From positions 42,222,001 to 42,286,000 of the forward strand of contig NC_047017.1 of assembly GCF_902652985.1 (NCBI RefSeq): a stretch of DNA of 64,000 nt, written 5' to 3'. This document shows, in pieces, positions 24,312 through 37,900 of the stretch. Numbering within the stretch: the stretch's first letter is position 1; every line of letters starts with the position of its first letter. The notes under the pieces are model-generated. The model saw nothing but the letters and a program-made list of their open reading frames with translations, did no database searches and had not been told where the DNA came from. A program made the position numbers and the translations under genes. Origin of the DNA: Pecten maximus (Eukaryota).

Positions 24312-27223
24312 ATGTTTACAATTTTACAAAAGTATGTGTACAATTTCCGTTTTTCTACTGTTATGTTTTTGTATAAAATTATTTTACTGTTATATGGGTG
24401 TATAAATAGGAAAATTATGTTGTTTTAAATTATATTGACATATCTCCTACATGACTAATATATGATTCGACAACCAGTAGTAGTAGCGTAGGAAGTCACA
24501 TGATTTTATATGCATCATACAAACAGTTAGATAAAGCAAGGAGTGTATAGTGTGTTATTGTTACAATGCCATCATTAATCTGAGTCCCGTTATACCATTG
24601 ATTATACTTCAGCGTCAAACATGCTTTTGAATTGTAAAATAGCGTTAGCCTAATGCCTGTAATATGTATTAAAACACAACCAAGACATATACTAACAAGG
24701 AAACAAAGTGTACAATGTACTATTGCTAAATTATCTTCATCCAATTGTACCGAGTTTTACAACATTGTCCCTATTTCCATTCAGTGAACATATGTATACA
24801 AATATAATTAATATTGATATTGATATAATTATATCACAGCAACACAGCCGTCTCAAAGAGATTCGTTGTAATATATAATTATTATCATTATATCCTTGAA
24901 AGTACTGCCTTGTTATTGGATTTCCCTTTTCAATGTGTAGTTGTTGTCGTTTTTCAGTAAGTTTTATGTTTATGTTTTAATGGATCTAATAAAATATTTC
25001 AACATCGTGAACTTTGGTTTCGTTTCTATAGTTTAAAGAAGTAAAAAGACCAAACCTTTTCGTTACAAAAATATCTTCGTTTATCAAATCTATGTGAATC
25101 ATGTTACATAAGATACTTTTTGCATACACAAACAGAACGGAATACCGAAATATCTTGATGTAAGTAGGATTGTTATAGATTAAGACTTTCGTTCAACAAG
25201 AAAATCATCAACAACTTTGTTTTCAAAGATTTATTCCTCATCATATAAAGTGATTTATCAAGGTATTATTACATTTTTACCAGTAAAATATCGATAATTA
25301 TTCATTCTATAAAAAATAGCTAGTAACAAATATCAATCTTTCTAATATTTTCACTTTATCTGATTTGACCAATCAGGAAACTGCTTACAAACGACAATTG
25401 GGACAATCAAGATTTGCATAAAGCCCTCCGTCATGTTATATGACGTCAATAATGGAATACACAACGTCACGATTGGCGTGCATTTGCGAGCCGTTGAAAG
25501 GGGACTACAATAAATTCTGGGAGAGATTGAGCTGCGTCTGTACCATTTTTCCATTCCAAAGTTGAAAGGTTTTATTCGAGTGAATATCCTAAAATACATT
25601 CAGTTGTGGAGACCATGCTTCTCGTTGCTGTTACAGATAAATCACGTAACACAGTCAAAGATAAATAGTGTTATGTTTATAAGTGGGTGTTGCGTTTCAT
25701 AATATTGATCACATCACGAACTACCTAAATATGTATTCTGTTATGAAAATGATCAAGATATCAAGCAATATTTATTTTATCTCACGGCACAATGAAAAAG
25801 TTACAACATAAACACTATAATTTACATTTTGTAATGATTTTTTACAATCGTCCAGACATATAAACAAGGCTCCTTGTCTTGACATTTAGGAAATTATGCC
25901 GGCGATGTAAACTACAATCCTGACAAAGATCATATAATTATTGAATGCAACAATGTTATATTTGCGAGACCTTTCTACATAATCTGCATCATAAAACTCC
26001 CAGCCGTTGTTTATATAGATGTTCTACACAACTGTAATAGCTAATCTGATACCTAAGATATAGATATTCCATTACATTGTTCAAACTTTATATCGATTTT
26101 TGTCTCTTCTATGTAATATCTGATACACAATTACCGTTATACAAACATGTAATTAAGGATTTCATTGCTGTCATATTCTAACCATATCTGTTGATCAGAG
26201 CATCCTGATGGACAAAGATGGCAGCGTAATAATATTATCTCCATTCATTCATGATTGCATTTAATCATAATCATCAAAAATAAGTCTCCCTATATAACTT
26301 AAGTTAACGTTTGATATTTCAATTTCAAAAATAATCTCAAGAAAGCAAAATATACATTTTACATTTACATTGATGTGAATCTTGTTTCCGATCCATCTTC
26401 ATACTTGCTTGGTTTACTGAAATGTATATACTGGTGCAATCTTCGTTTGTTTTATCTTTATTGTTATTATGTATTTGATTTATTCTAAAACCTCCTCATC
26501 AAGAACCAGGGTTATAGTGATATATCTACTGTCTTTGAACTTTGGACTACGATAGCTCATTTGGTTAGAGTGTTGGCCAGATAACCTGAAACAACAATCC
26601 CAGGTGAGTAGCTCGATGCTAACTTCCCGTTGCGATTTGTGTTTCAATTTTAACACATCTTATTTACATAAGAGAAAAGTCAATAGGATTAGAAATCAGG
26701 CATTACCTATCTAAGTCTTCGTCTTAAAGTGACATCAGAAAATATAGACATATATACGCTTTGATATGACAGATTGATTTTAGAGAAAGTAAGCAGACTT
26801 TGTCAGTGTTCTTTAAGATACTACCTAATTTGAAATGCTTATTAGACTATTAGGTTATCAGTGAATAACAAAATGATCATTAAAATTTAATCTTGGCATT
26901 TGACCCGATAAACTTTAGACAGTAGACACTTTTTTTTAATTCTGAACAACTTTGCTTCATCATGTCATAACAAAATCTTAATAAGTGAAAAGATAAAAAA
27001 AAAATCACCTTCCCCTTTCAGACTGATAACCTTGACGTTTGAACATCACTTTTAAGTTGAGTGTACATTTCTGTAACCGGAACATCTTTACCAAGTTTTA
27101 TGAGAATCCGTCAATAAATAATGACATTATACCAAGGAGTAAATTTGTGGACGGACAAACAGACAGATAAACACATGATTACAATGGGGGACCCGTATCA
27201 TCGGGGTCCTAATAACATCACGA

Positions 27224-29210
27224 TTATTTGCAAAACAAACTATAGATAGTTTTGGAAACGTCCAACATCACAAGTACTCCCACAGTTACAGAAAGTATGG
27301 AAACACCGAGAGCCCCCATAGTATATGCACTTTGTCGATCGTCTGTTGCGCTTATCTTCTTCCTTATTGCAGCGGTGGTCTCATTTTTTGCTACTTTTGT
27401 TGAGTTTATCAGCTTCTCAATTTTCTTTGCCAATTGAAGACTGCCAATTTCTAAAGATATGTTGCTTATCATGAAACACTTGCACGTACAATCAGCCAAA
27501 TTGTTTGGTATCATATAATATTGAGAGGTCACGTTATCCATATGCGACGATGTTGTCGGAGACGAAATTGTCACCGTTGTTGTTTCCGTAGATTGAAACG
27601 CCGTTGTAGTTGATAGTTGTGTTGAACTAATTGTAGTCGGCGTTGTCAACGGTTCTGAAATTGTAGACATAGTAGTCGAAGTCATTGTCGTTGTTGATGT
27701 TGTATCTATATCTGTTATGGGTGTTGTTGACGTCGAAGGAGATAATACCGTTGTTGATGTTGTCGTTAGCAATGATGTAGATGTTGTTGACAGTTGTATT
27801 GTTGTCGTTGTCAAAATCGTCGACGTTGTTGTCGGTTCTGAAGTCGTTGACGTCGGAGTTGATATCGGTTGTGTTGCTGTGGACGCTGTTGATGTGGACT
27901 GAGATGATACGGTTGTCTCAGGCTGAGTTGTCATTGCCGTAGTTGTAGTCGACGTTGTTGTCGGCTCTGAAGTCGTTGACGTCGGAGTTGATATCGGTTG
28001 TGGTGTGGACGCTGTTGATGTGGACTGAGATGATACGGTTGTCTCAGGCTGAGTTGTCATTGCCGTAGTTGTAGTCGACGTTGTTGTCGGTTCTGCAGTT
28101 GTAGAAGTTGTAGATGATGGTGGTTGGGTCGTTGTTATGAACATTGTTGATGTCGATGGTGATGATACTGTTGTTAAGGTCGTCGTTGGCCGAGTTGTCG
28201 ACGTTGTTGACGAATGGGTTGTCGTTGTTGATGCTGCTGCTGATGTTGTTGTTGTTGTTGATGATGGTGTTGTTGTTGGCAATGTTACCGGTGCTATAAT
28301 ATAAAAATGTAGAACTAATGATACAAGCTGGAGGACGGGGTTAAAGGCAATAACCTAATAATGTAATTTTGTAATGCGTGGATTATTGACATTGTCTGGT
28401 TGCTTTACCCACAAATTAAGAACGTGAACATATATTGGGATCTACATATATTTATTTGTACGTTTATACAGACTGTAGTATACATGTATAATGTCCTTAT
28501 AACATACAATGTACAATGATCATGTTTTAAACGCTCTTGGAAATGTATACGTCGCCAGCACTGTAGATAATTTGTTTATCGATGGCTCCTTTTAACTCTA
28601 TAAGGAAACTCACATGGAAATCCACAGCCAATAATGTCGAATCGTAACGACATATTGGTGAAGTAGGTGAGTGGACTAATCCGAATGGACATAGCATACA
28701 GCGGTCTGGGTAGATGTCTCGTAACTGTATCTTCATGGTTCGATAAATCATTCGCTGGGAATAGCTATCGTAAATATGTGATTTCATTATTATACAATGT
28801 ATATATTTAAACATTCGTTGTTAATGGGTGGATTTTTACGTTAGAAAACAGATTAAATTCAGTATTCAGTAAAGGTTGTAGCATATTATAAGGACAATGA
28901 AAGAAAGATAGCGCGTACGTGTATTTAAACACTTCTGTCTTGTTTAAAGCGACTTAAAGAAAATTAATAAACATAGTTTGTCTATCTTCATGAATAAATC
29001 CAGTGATGATATAACAAGTCGTATTTTCCATAAATAGGTTATATAATTAATTGTTTGAGTTACCTTCGGTTGGTCATGAGAATCCTGATATTGTGACCAC
29101 TTGTCTCCATCAGAGTTGTAATACAGATAATAAGACCGAACATGGCTACCATCTAACCTGTTACCTGTCGTCGTGATACAGGTTATATTTACCAGAGTCC
29201 CAAAATCTAC
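27224..29210 (-). CDS. Duplicated terminal cassette A (exons 29210-29064, 28764-28614, 28293-27224): C-terminal two-thirds of discoidin 5, mucin stalk and TM
   Basis: All three exons are open and keep their AG/GT sites. Phase-0 entry is compatible with the donor at 35962. Stalk differs from copy B by in-frame indels. Confidence 0.75.
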
Positions 29211-29779
29211 CTGTCATAACATAAATAATCAATGTATGTCGATGTTTTGAGGAAATTTGAAATCGTACGGTACTCAATCCTTACAATACAACTTAAGTGG
29301 TTCGATCTGAAAATAAAGCGAAATATTCTATGAATAAGATTTGTTTTCATGTGCCTATACTCAAATTACAAACCCTGGACAACAACACCACAAGGTCTGC
29401 GGCTCATCTAAGTGACATCAGAAAATATAGACATATATACGCTTTGATATGATAGATTGATTTAAGGGAAAACAAGCAGACTTGTTCAGCGTTCTTTAAG
29501 ATACTACCTAATTTAAAATGCTTATTAGACTATTAGGTTATCAGTGAATAACACCAGACAATAAACTATTGATATTCAAACAAAACATGTATTTGTTTTC
29601 AAAAGAGTAAGAATAAGTCAGAATATTTATATCAATATTAGTGAGATCTATTTGATTGCAATATAAGGTGATGTGTGTTTCTTGAGAAGCAGAAACTTCA
29701 GTAAGACAGTAAATCATAATTACTCTAAATGACATGCGACATGCCTCCCCTATGTTGAACAGTGAGGTAACCACTAAAT

Positions 29780-30900
29780 ACTACAGGGAGTCCCCGCCTC
29801 AACATAACACTAATTGTTTACGAGGTAATCAAAACAAACAAAACAACAACCATCTGGTGACCTTGATCTGTCGTCAGTCACCTTTTCTTATTCTAATTCA
29901 GACCAATTTTGCCTGATTATGCCTTCACAAAATGTTCACCAGTAAAAACTATCAAAATTGACATTGGCTTTTTATCCGTTGGACTCCGTGACATTGACCC
30001 TTGATCATTTGACTTCTTCTTTAGCTCTGACCCGTTTTGCTTCATAATAACGTAGCAAAATATTCATCACAAAAAGATGCAAAATTTGCGATGACATTGA
30101 CGCATTGACGTTGACTTTAAATCCGTTGATTTCTTGTTCAATTCCGTCTAAATTTCCTTCATGATTTAATCTTTTAAAGTCCATCAGTGAAAAGATACAA
30201 AATTGAACTTTGTCATTTGACCTGCTAGTGACCTTGACTTTAAGTCAACGAACTCATTTTTAAAATCTAACCAACATCCCTTTATAGTGGCATAACAAAA
30301 TGATCAATGAAATGATACAAAATTTAACCTTGACGTTTGGCTAAGTGACTTTGAAATTTGGTTAGACATTTTGTTTAATCCTGACCATTATTGCTTCAAA
30401 GTATCATAACCAAATGTTCATCAGTGAAAAGTCACAAAGTGACATTGCCCTTTGACCCAGTGACCTTGACCTCTGATCGAAGGATCTTAACCTTTGGTTA
30501 GTTAATACCTTGTTGAATCATGAACATCTTTGCTGCATCATGCCAAGTCAAAATGATCATAAAAATTTAACATTGGCATTTGACCCGATAAACTTTAGTC
30601 AGAAGATACTTTTTTTTTATTCTGAACAACTTTGCTTCATCATGTCATAACAAAATATTAATCAGTGAAAAGATAAAAAAAAAAAAAAAATCACCTTCCC
30701 CTGTCAGCCTGATGACCCTGACATTTGAACATGACTTTAAAGTTGAGTGTACATTTCTGTAACCGGAACATTTTTACCAAGTTTTATGTGAATCCGTCAA
30801 TAAATAATGACATTATACCAAGGAGTAAATTTGTGGACGGACAAACAGACAGATAAACACATGATTACAATGGGGGACCCGTATCATCAGGGTCCTAATA
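29780..30900 (+). mobile_element. Non-autonomous interspersed repeat rich in TGACCTTGA-like motifs, ending in a GGACCC...GGGTCC hairpin; truncated copy at about 26870-27214
   Basis: Recurrent GTGACCTTGAC/TTTGACC motifs, a GGACGGACAAACAGACAGA tract and a terminal hairpin, ending about 10 bp from the gene's stop codon. Family not determined. Confidence 0.5.
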
Positions 30901-30909
30901 CCATCACGA

Positions 30910-31961
30910 TTATTTGCAAAACAAACTACAGATAATTTTGGAAACGTCCAACATCACAAGTACTCCCACAGTTACAGAAAGTATGGAAACACCTAGAGCC
31001 CCCATAGTATATGCACTTTGTCGATCGTCTGGTGCGCTTATCTTCTTCCTTATTGCAGCGGTGGTCTCATTTTTTGCTACTTTTGTTGAGTTTATCAGTT
31101 TCTCAATTTTCCTTGCCAATTGAAGACTGCCAATTTCTAAAGATATGTTGCTTATCACGAAACACTTGCACGTACATTCAGCCAAATTGTTCGGTATCAT
31201 ATAATATTGAGAGGTCACGTTATCCATATGCGACGATGTTGTCGGTAACGAAATTGTTACCGTTGTTGTTTCCATAGATTGAAACGCCGTTGTGGTTGAT
31301 AGTTGTGTTGAACTAATTGTAGTCGGCGTTGTAGTCGGCGTTGTCGTCGGTTCTGATATTGTAGACATAGTAGTCGAAGTCATTGTCGTTGTTGATGTTG
31401 TAGCTATATCTGTTATGGGTGTTGTTGACGTCGAAGGATATGATACCGTTGTTGATGTTGTCGTTGGCAATGATGTAGATGTTGTTGACAGTTGTATTGT
31501 TGTCGTTGTCAAAATCGTCGACGTTGTTGTCTCAGGCTGAGTTGTCATTGCCGTAGTTGTAGTCAACGTTGTTGTCGGCTCTGAAGTCGTTGACGTCGGA
31601 GTTGATATCGGTTGTGGTGTGGACGCTGTTGATGTGGACTGAGATGATACGGTTGTCTCAGGCTGAGTTGTCATTGCCGTAGTTGTAGTCGACGTTGTTG
31701 TCGGTTCTGCAGTTGTAGAAGTTGTAGATGATGGTGGTTGGGTCGTTGTTATGAACATTGTTGATGTCGATGGTGATGATACTGTTGTTAAGGTCGTCGT
31801 TGGCCGAGTTGTCGACGTTGTTGACGAATGGGTTGTCGTTGTTGATGCTGCTGCTGATGTTGTTGTTGTTGTTGATGGTGTTGTTGTTGGCAATGTTAAC
31901 ATCGCTTGGGTTGTGAAAGCTGTAGTCGTCGATGTCGGAGTTGTTGGCAATGTTACCGGTG
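30910..31961 (-). CDS. Terminal exon, copy B: Thr-rich mucin stalk, CxCxC, juxtamembrane segment and TM
   Basis: ORF 30910-31950 extended to the TATAG acceptor at 31962. Ends MGALGVSILSVTVGVLVMLDVSKIICSLFCK. Confidence 0.88.
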
Positions 31962-34900
31962 CTATAATATAAAAATGTAGAACTAATGATACAAGCTCGA
32001 GGACTGAGTTAAAGGCAATAACCTAATAATGTAATTTTGTAATGCATGGATTATTGACATTGTCTGGTTGCTTTACCCACAAATTGAGGTCGTGAACATA
32101 TATAGTGATCTACATATATTTATTTGTACGTTTATACAGACTGTAGTATACATGTATAATGTCCTTATAACATACAATGTACAATGATAATGTTTTAAAC
32201 GCTCTTGGAAATGTATACGTCGCCAGCACTGTAGATAATTTGTTTATCGATGGCTCCTTTTAACTCTATAAGGAAACTCACATGGAAATCCACAGCCAAT
32301 AATGTCGAATCGTAACGACATATTGGTGAAGTAGGTGAGTGGACTAATCCGAATGGACATAGCATACAGCGGTCTGGGTAGATGTCTCGTAACTGTATCT
32401 TCATGGTTCGATAAATCATTCGCTGGGAATAGCTATCGTAAATATGTGATTTCATTATTATACAATGTATATATTTAAACATTCGTTGTTAATGGGTGGA
32501 TTTTTACGTTAGAAAACAGATTAAATTCAGTATTCAGTAAAGGTTGTAGCATATTATAAGGACAATGAAAAAAAGATAGCGCGTACGTGTATTTAAACAC
32601 TTCTGTCTTGTCTAAAGCGACTTAAAGAAAATTGATAAACATAGTTTGTCTATCTTCATGAATAAATCCAGTGATGATATAACAAGTCGTATTTTCCATA
32701 AATAGGTTATATAATTAATTGTTTGAGTTACCTTCGGTTGGTCATGAGAATCCTGATATTGTGACCACTTGTCTCCATCAGAGTTGTAATACAGATAATA
32801 AGACCGAACATGGCTACCATCTAACCTGTTACCTGTCGTCGTGATACAGGTTATATTTACCAGAGTCCCAAAATCTACCTGTCATAACATAAATAATCAA
32901 TGTATGTCGATGTTTTGAGGAAATTTGAAATCGTACGGTACTCAATCCTTACAATACAACTTAAGTGGTTCGATCTGAAAATAAAGCGAAATATTCTATG
33001 AATAAGATTTGTTTTCATGTGCCTATACTCAAATTACAAAACCTGGACAACAACACCACAAGGTCTGCGGCTCATCTTTATGGGAAATATCAGGAAATAT
33101 CCAATCATAATCAGATCTGCGATTTCCGAAGGTTTACCGATAAAGCAAACTATTACATCATCTACAATTACATGAATGTTGTATTTCAAACAACAAATGA
33201 TTGCAAAGGAAATCAAAATACTGCGAAAACTGAATGAGACGTAAGTGAGATATTTTGACATTGAAAACAATTATCTTTAAAAGCTTACATTGAAACAAGT
33301 GGCTCATGAGTCTCAAAAGTCAATAGAAACCCTTTTTGGCAATGCCTATCAGCTCTTGGGCTCAGATCAACAGTCTTAGACCATCAAATTAACATGCAAA
33401 ACTGCTCATTCCAGCTAAGTAAGAATAAATTCCAGTAGAAATTCAACAAATGATAGTCAAATATATAATTTCCCAATATAAACTACAATAAAATTTACCC
33501 CTCAAAAGGGCCAAACTTGAGACACCAGGGTCATGAAATTCGCAACTGTTGTAAAGCACCCTTAAAGCACTTCCGTCTTTGAAGAGTTTTTGATTCTACA
33601 ATACTTGGGTCTTGATTTTGTTTTTGTTTTTTTTTGTTTTTGTTTTTTTTTTAATTTCAGGTAATCTGACCCTTTTTGCCCCCGCCCATCAGTCCATGAG
33701 GGTCAGTCACTGCCAACATGGGCATACCATCAAATTGTCCTCCCATGCTGACAATTTCAACCAAGTAAGAATCAATTCCAATAGAAACAATTGCTAGTTG
33801 TAATGGGAAACAATTACAGAAACGCCCCTGCAGTGGTACAACTGTGTCCGGCATCCCTCAATATCCCTATATACCAAAATTTATTGAAATTAAACAATAT
33901 CTGATTTCGACCAATCCATATGGTTTCTATGGCAACGAAACCCATTAAGTGAGTTTCGCAGTCTCCTAATACAAATTGGACAATATCTAAATTTGGACCA
34001 ATCAGAGGTCAGGAAATGGCGTCCATCTTTATTGATCGATCGAGGTAAAAAGGGTCAGTTGCACATCTCCTGACCATGATGAACATTTGTATTAAGTTTC
34101 GTGAAGTTCCGTCTAACAGTTTTTGAGAAATGTGTCGGAAACTTAAGAAGAAGAATTTGGGTAATGAGAAGAAGTTGCTCGAAATTTCAGTCAATTTAAG
34201 CCCTTTTTGTCCCGCCTCTCAGTCAGTGGAGTTTGGAGACTATAACTCACAATTTTGGTTGAACTATGGCGCTAGGAGTGTGGTGGCTGGGGGCTGCAAA
34301 ACTCTAACGAAAGTGGTTCAGGGATTTCTGAGAACAGTCGAAAAAATTTCATCTTGAATTCAGACTTGGTTTCGCAGTAAACAAATATTGATGATCCCAG
34401 TACAGAGCTACCTTGTCGGCTATCATGGGTCTTTATTTAAAAACAGAGACGTACATTATTTGGGGAAGCAGTCACAGTGATCGATCAATAGATCGGATAT
34501 TAGTCACAGACCTCATCAAAATGACACAAGCCTTTATTTATGTTTGTAACACAATAAACATCATGAAGATGTACATGTACATATGTAACGCTCGTTTTTA
34601 TTGGTCGAAAAGTTCATGGGTGAAGGGCGTTATTTCAAATCTCCGCTGGAGGGCCAGAGCTGACGACGATATCTAATAAGGGTCCATGGAGTGTAACGCA
34701 ATCAGAAGCCTTGGCTAGCAAAGATGATGCATCAATAATATTAAAGTATATTTGTACATAGATCAAAAACATTCGTTTCATAGCAGTAAACGCCAGTCAC
34801 GATGAAAAATAAATTAACCATTTCATAATATTTTAATCATTTGACCAGTGATGTAAATCTAGAAACCGGCCCAACTGAATCCCAATAAGCGTCCCTCGAT

Positions 34901-37900
34901 CCTTACCTAAACATTTGTTGTTTAATCAGCCTTTCTATTATTCGCGTTACCACGATATTATGTTTAGGTCATGACTAAACTTCCATCATCTGAAGAAATA
35001 TGCTGCCTCAAAATGGCAAACATAAGGCATTTATTCCTGTTTGTGCCGATATAAAAACAAGCCTTTTATAATTGTACCAGTGCATAACATTTAAGCATTT
35101 ACAGACAAATTATATCAGATTATCAGTTTGGAAGGCGACGTATTACTTCGCCTGTCAGCACCATTTTTACCGATCGCGAAGCACTAGCCGCAATGGCAAA
35201 TCATAACGATTAATTTCTACTTTCGTTTCCAAATATCTAATAGTTATCTCCCTTATAACAGTAAGTAATTTATTGCAATGGCTATTAAGGTCGTTCAAAG
35301 TCAATGTTAAGTACATTCTTCGGAGATAATCAATATTCTTGTTGTTATTGAAAATAGCTTTAAGAAAATGTTCGCAACACTTTCAGGATATTTGAATCAA
35401 TTATTATTTCTTTTTACATATTTACTATTAAAACGAAATGCTAAGAAGTTCAATTGTCTCCACTTAGTGACGGAGGTTACCACTCTATCGAAAATTCCGT
35501 AGTTCGGGCAGAAATAAGAAGATAATTACATATTTTTGTACAATATCCATATTATTTTAGCCATGATGTTTTGCATAAATGCATATATATATATATATAT
35601 ATAGCTCAAAACTATCATTAGTGAATTAAAAGAAAGTGCAATAAACTGCAGAAGGCAAAATAAAATGGAAATGAAAGTGAGAAGTCTTGACGACCCGCCC
35701 CGATGGTGATTGCAACATGGCCGAGGTAAACGTCTCCATACAAGTATCTTTCTGATTTATACTCGATAAGAGGATGGTAAAATCTCAACAAAATTAGGAT
35801 GCACAAGGTCTCATTCTCAATATGAAGCCAGGAGGAATGACAACGGCACAACTGCATGAGCATCCCAATAAAACGAATTCTTGAGTCAAAACATCTATCT
35901 GCATGATCTCTCTTTAACGAATTCTAATTTCCATCAGTAGACCCAACACCACAACTGAATACCTGTATAAACTGATCAGATGAGTTTGCACTCATCCATG
36001 ATGAACCAGAGCTAAGTCTCCCCATCTCTGGACCAAAACCTTCCATGGAGGACGAGGCAGTGATGTTGGCATCATCCACATACTGCAGGAGAGATGTGTT
36101 GCAAATATTTCCATCTGCAAAAACACATCAATGTATGTATTAATGTATATTTTTTCACGTATAAACATTCATTCCAATACACAGAGTCTGATTATCATAT
36201 TATTTCTCTGTAAATTATTATTACAACTGTTTGATTTGTTAAATTGGGTCGCAATATTAATACAAATACTATTCTGGTAGTCAAAGAGAAAGTGCAGGTA
36301 GTTATATGGCACCTCTAGAATGGTTCTCGTCAATATTACATGTATGAAACATCACACACAAATATTCAATATTTTAATTCCAATACAATGTCAGTTATAA
36401 ACACCCTCTTACCGTACTGACAGAGACTTTTCGTTTCTGGTATGAACTCTGTGTGGAAGTAAAAAGAAACAAAAAACCTCAATAGATTGTCATTAAACCC
36501 GTACACACCCGCGTGTTATACTACTCCTATACTTTAGGCATCGTATTGGATGATGATCGTATGGTATAACGTTACTAAAGTCAAGAAATGAAAACCTATC
36601 TACAAACTTTTATCCTTAATTAGATAAATGATGAAGCGATTAACAGTTATTAACATTAAAACTTCGAAATCGTTTTGTGTTACCAAACTGTGTTCCAAAC
36701 ATCAACTTAAACTGATGAGAGCTTTATAGGGCGATGCTCTAAGTAGAGAAGAGTGATTTAACAAAGGTAGGCACGTCTGACTTTTGATACCTTAATCTCA
36801 GCTGGTTACGATCAAATGTTACGTGTAAATAATTTAATTTTGCTTGTAACAAGCATTTTCATTGGCTCAAAAAATTATGTTATCATCTCATGACATAAAA
36901 AAATAAAAGGACGTCAGCGGAGTAATCGTTGTTCACGGGATTTTGTATTTATCGATGTATTTTTAAATATCTGAAGCAAAATAAACATGTTAAACTTATT
37001 GTAAATGTTTCTTATCGTTGTTAATTAAATTATAAGGGTTAACTGTAATATTTTTTTGTGTTATTGCTCAATAACGTAAAAAAATATTATAGTTAACCCT
37101 TAAATATATATATACATACTCTGTACAGGTAGCCATGATAAATTACGGATGGAAGTGATTTTTCCAGGTGATGTATGTGAATGGGACAATTGCGTGTGGG
37201 GATATAAAGGCCCAAGTAAGCTGGTAATGTTTGATGATATTTCGATTTAAAAAGAAAATACTTAAGAATGTGATGTATAGTAGTTCGTACCTTCTGAACT
37301 GTTGCGGCAACCTAGTATATCGAACCGCAGACATCCTGCTCCAGTAAAAGGCAACAGCCGTAGATACCGTGTATATACTGCATCCGGAAGTGATCGCTTC
37401 ATCGTATAATCATCATTAAAGTTTCCCGGGATGAGCTAGAGGTTAATTATGATAGCTGCTCATCAATACAAACTTATCAAAGTAATTTAAGTCTGTTTCA
37501 CTTTATAGCCTTATTTACGTTTATATTGCCTTTTAACCATCATACTTAGAATTGTGCCAAACATTATGTCGTTTAAGCAATTTCATTTTTTGGTTTTGGA
37601 TAATTAATGTCAACTGGCTAATTAACATTTATACAAACAGTGTCAATATTAACAAGTTCGACATTTGTCCTGAGCTCCACTTATATTTACTGAGAATAAA
37701 CATTCAATAATCGATTACCAATGTGCTGCTTTTGTCATTTTAGTGAGAATTAAAAAGATTAAACAACAGCATTGTTAGCGACGGTTACCTGGTGGGCGTC
37801 TACCCAGTCGGTGCCGTCGTAATATTGGATGTGGTAAGAACGAGTTGTGCCCAAATTAACGGCCGACCGCGTCACAATGCACGTCACAATGTGTTCTGTT

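Larger units (their letters stand above)
26727..33077. repeat. Head-to-tail segmental duplication (unit A 26727-29409, unit B 29410-33077) containing the last three exons of the discoidin-mucin gene
   Basis: Sequence from 29410 (AAGTGACATCAGAAAATATAG) repeats 26727. The end of unit A (GGTCTGCGGCTCATCT, 29409) repeats at 33077. Introns are nearly identical. Unit B has about 1 kb (29554-30550) missing from A. Confidence 0.92.

Noticed and set aside
26545-26640. tRNA-like start GATAGCTCATTTGGTTAGAGTG
   Set aside because: Only an A-box-like stretch; no B-box/T-arm or acceptor stem. At most a decayed tRNA-derived SINE head.
28527-28814. 95-aa ORFs 28527-28814 and 32195-32482
   Set aside because: Wrong-frame readings of the LFPAN...LRFDIIGC discoidin exon.
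29064-29152. Apparent signal peptide MVAMFGLIICITTLMETSG suggesting stand-alone mucin genes (also in copy B)
   Set aside because: The alternative frame gives a clear discoidin segment (VRSYYLYYNSDGDKW) with phases matching the neighbouring exons.
27252-31972. Val/Asp-rich + strand ORFs
   Set aside because: Antisense shadows of the Thr-rich mucin exons.
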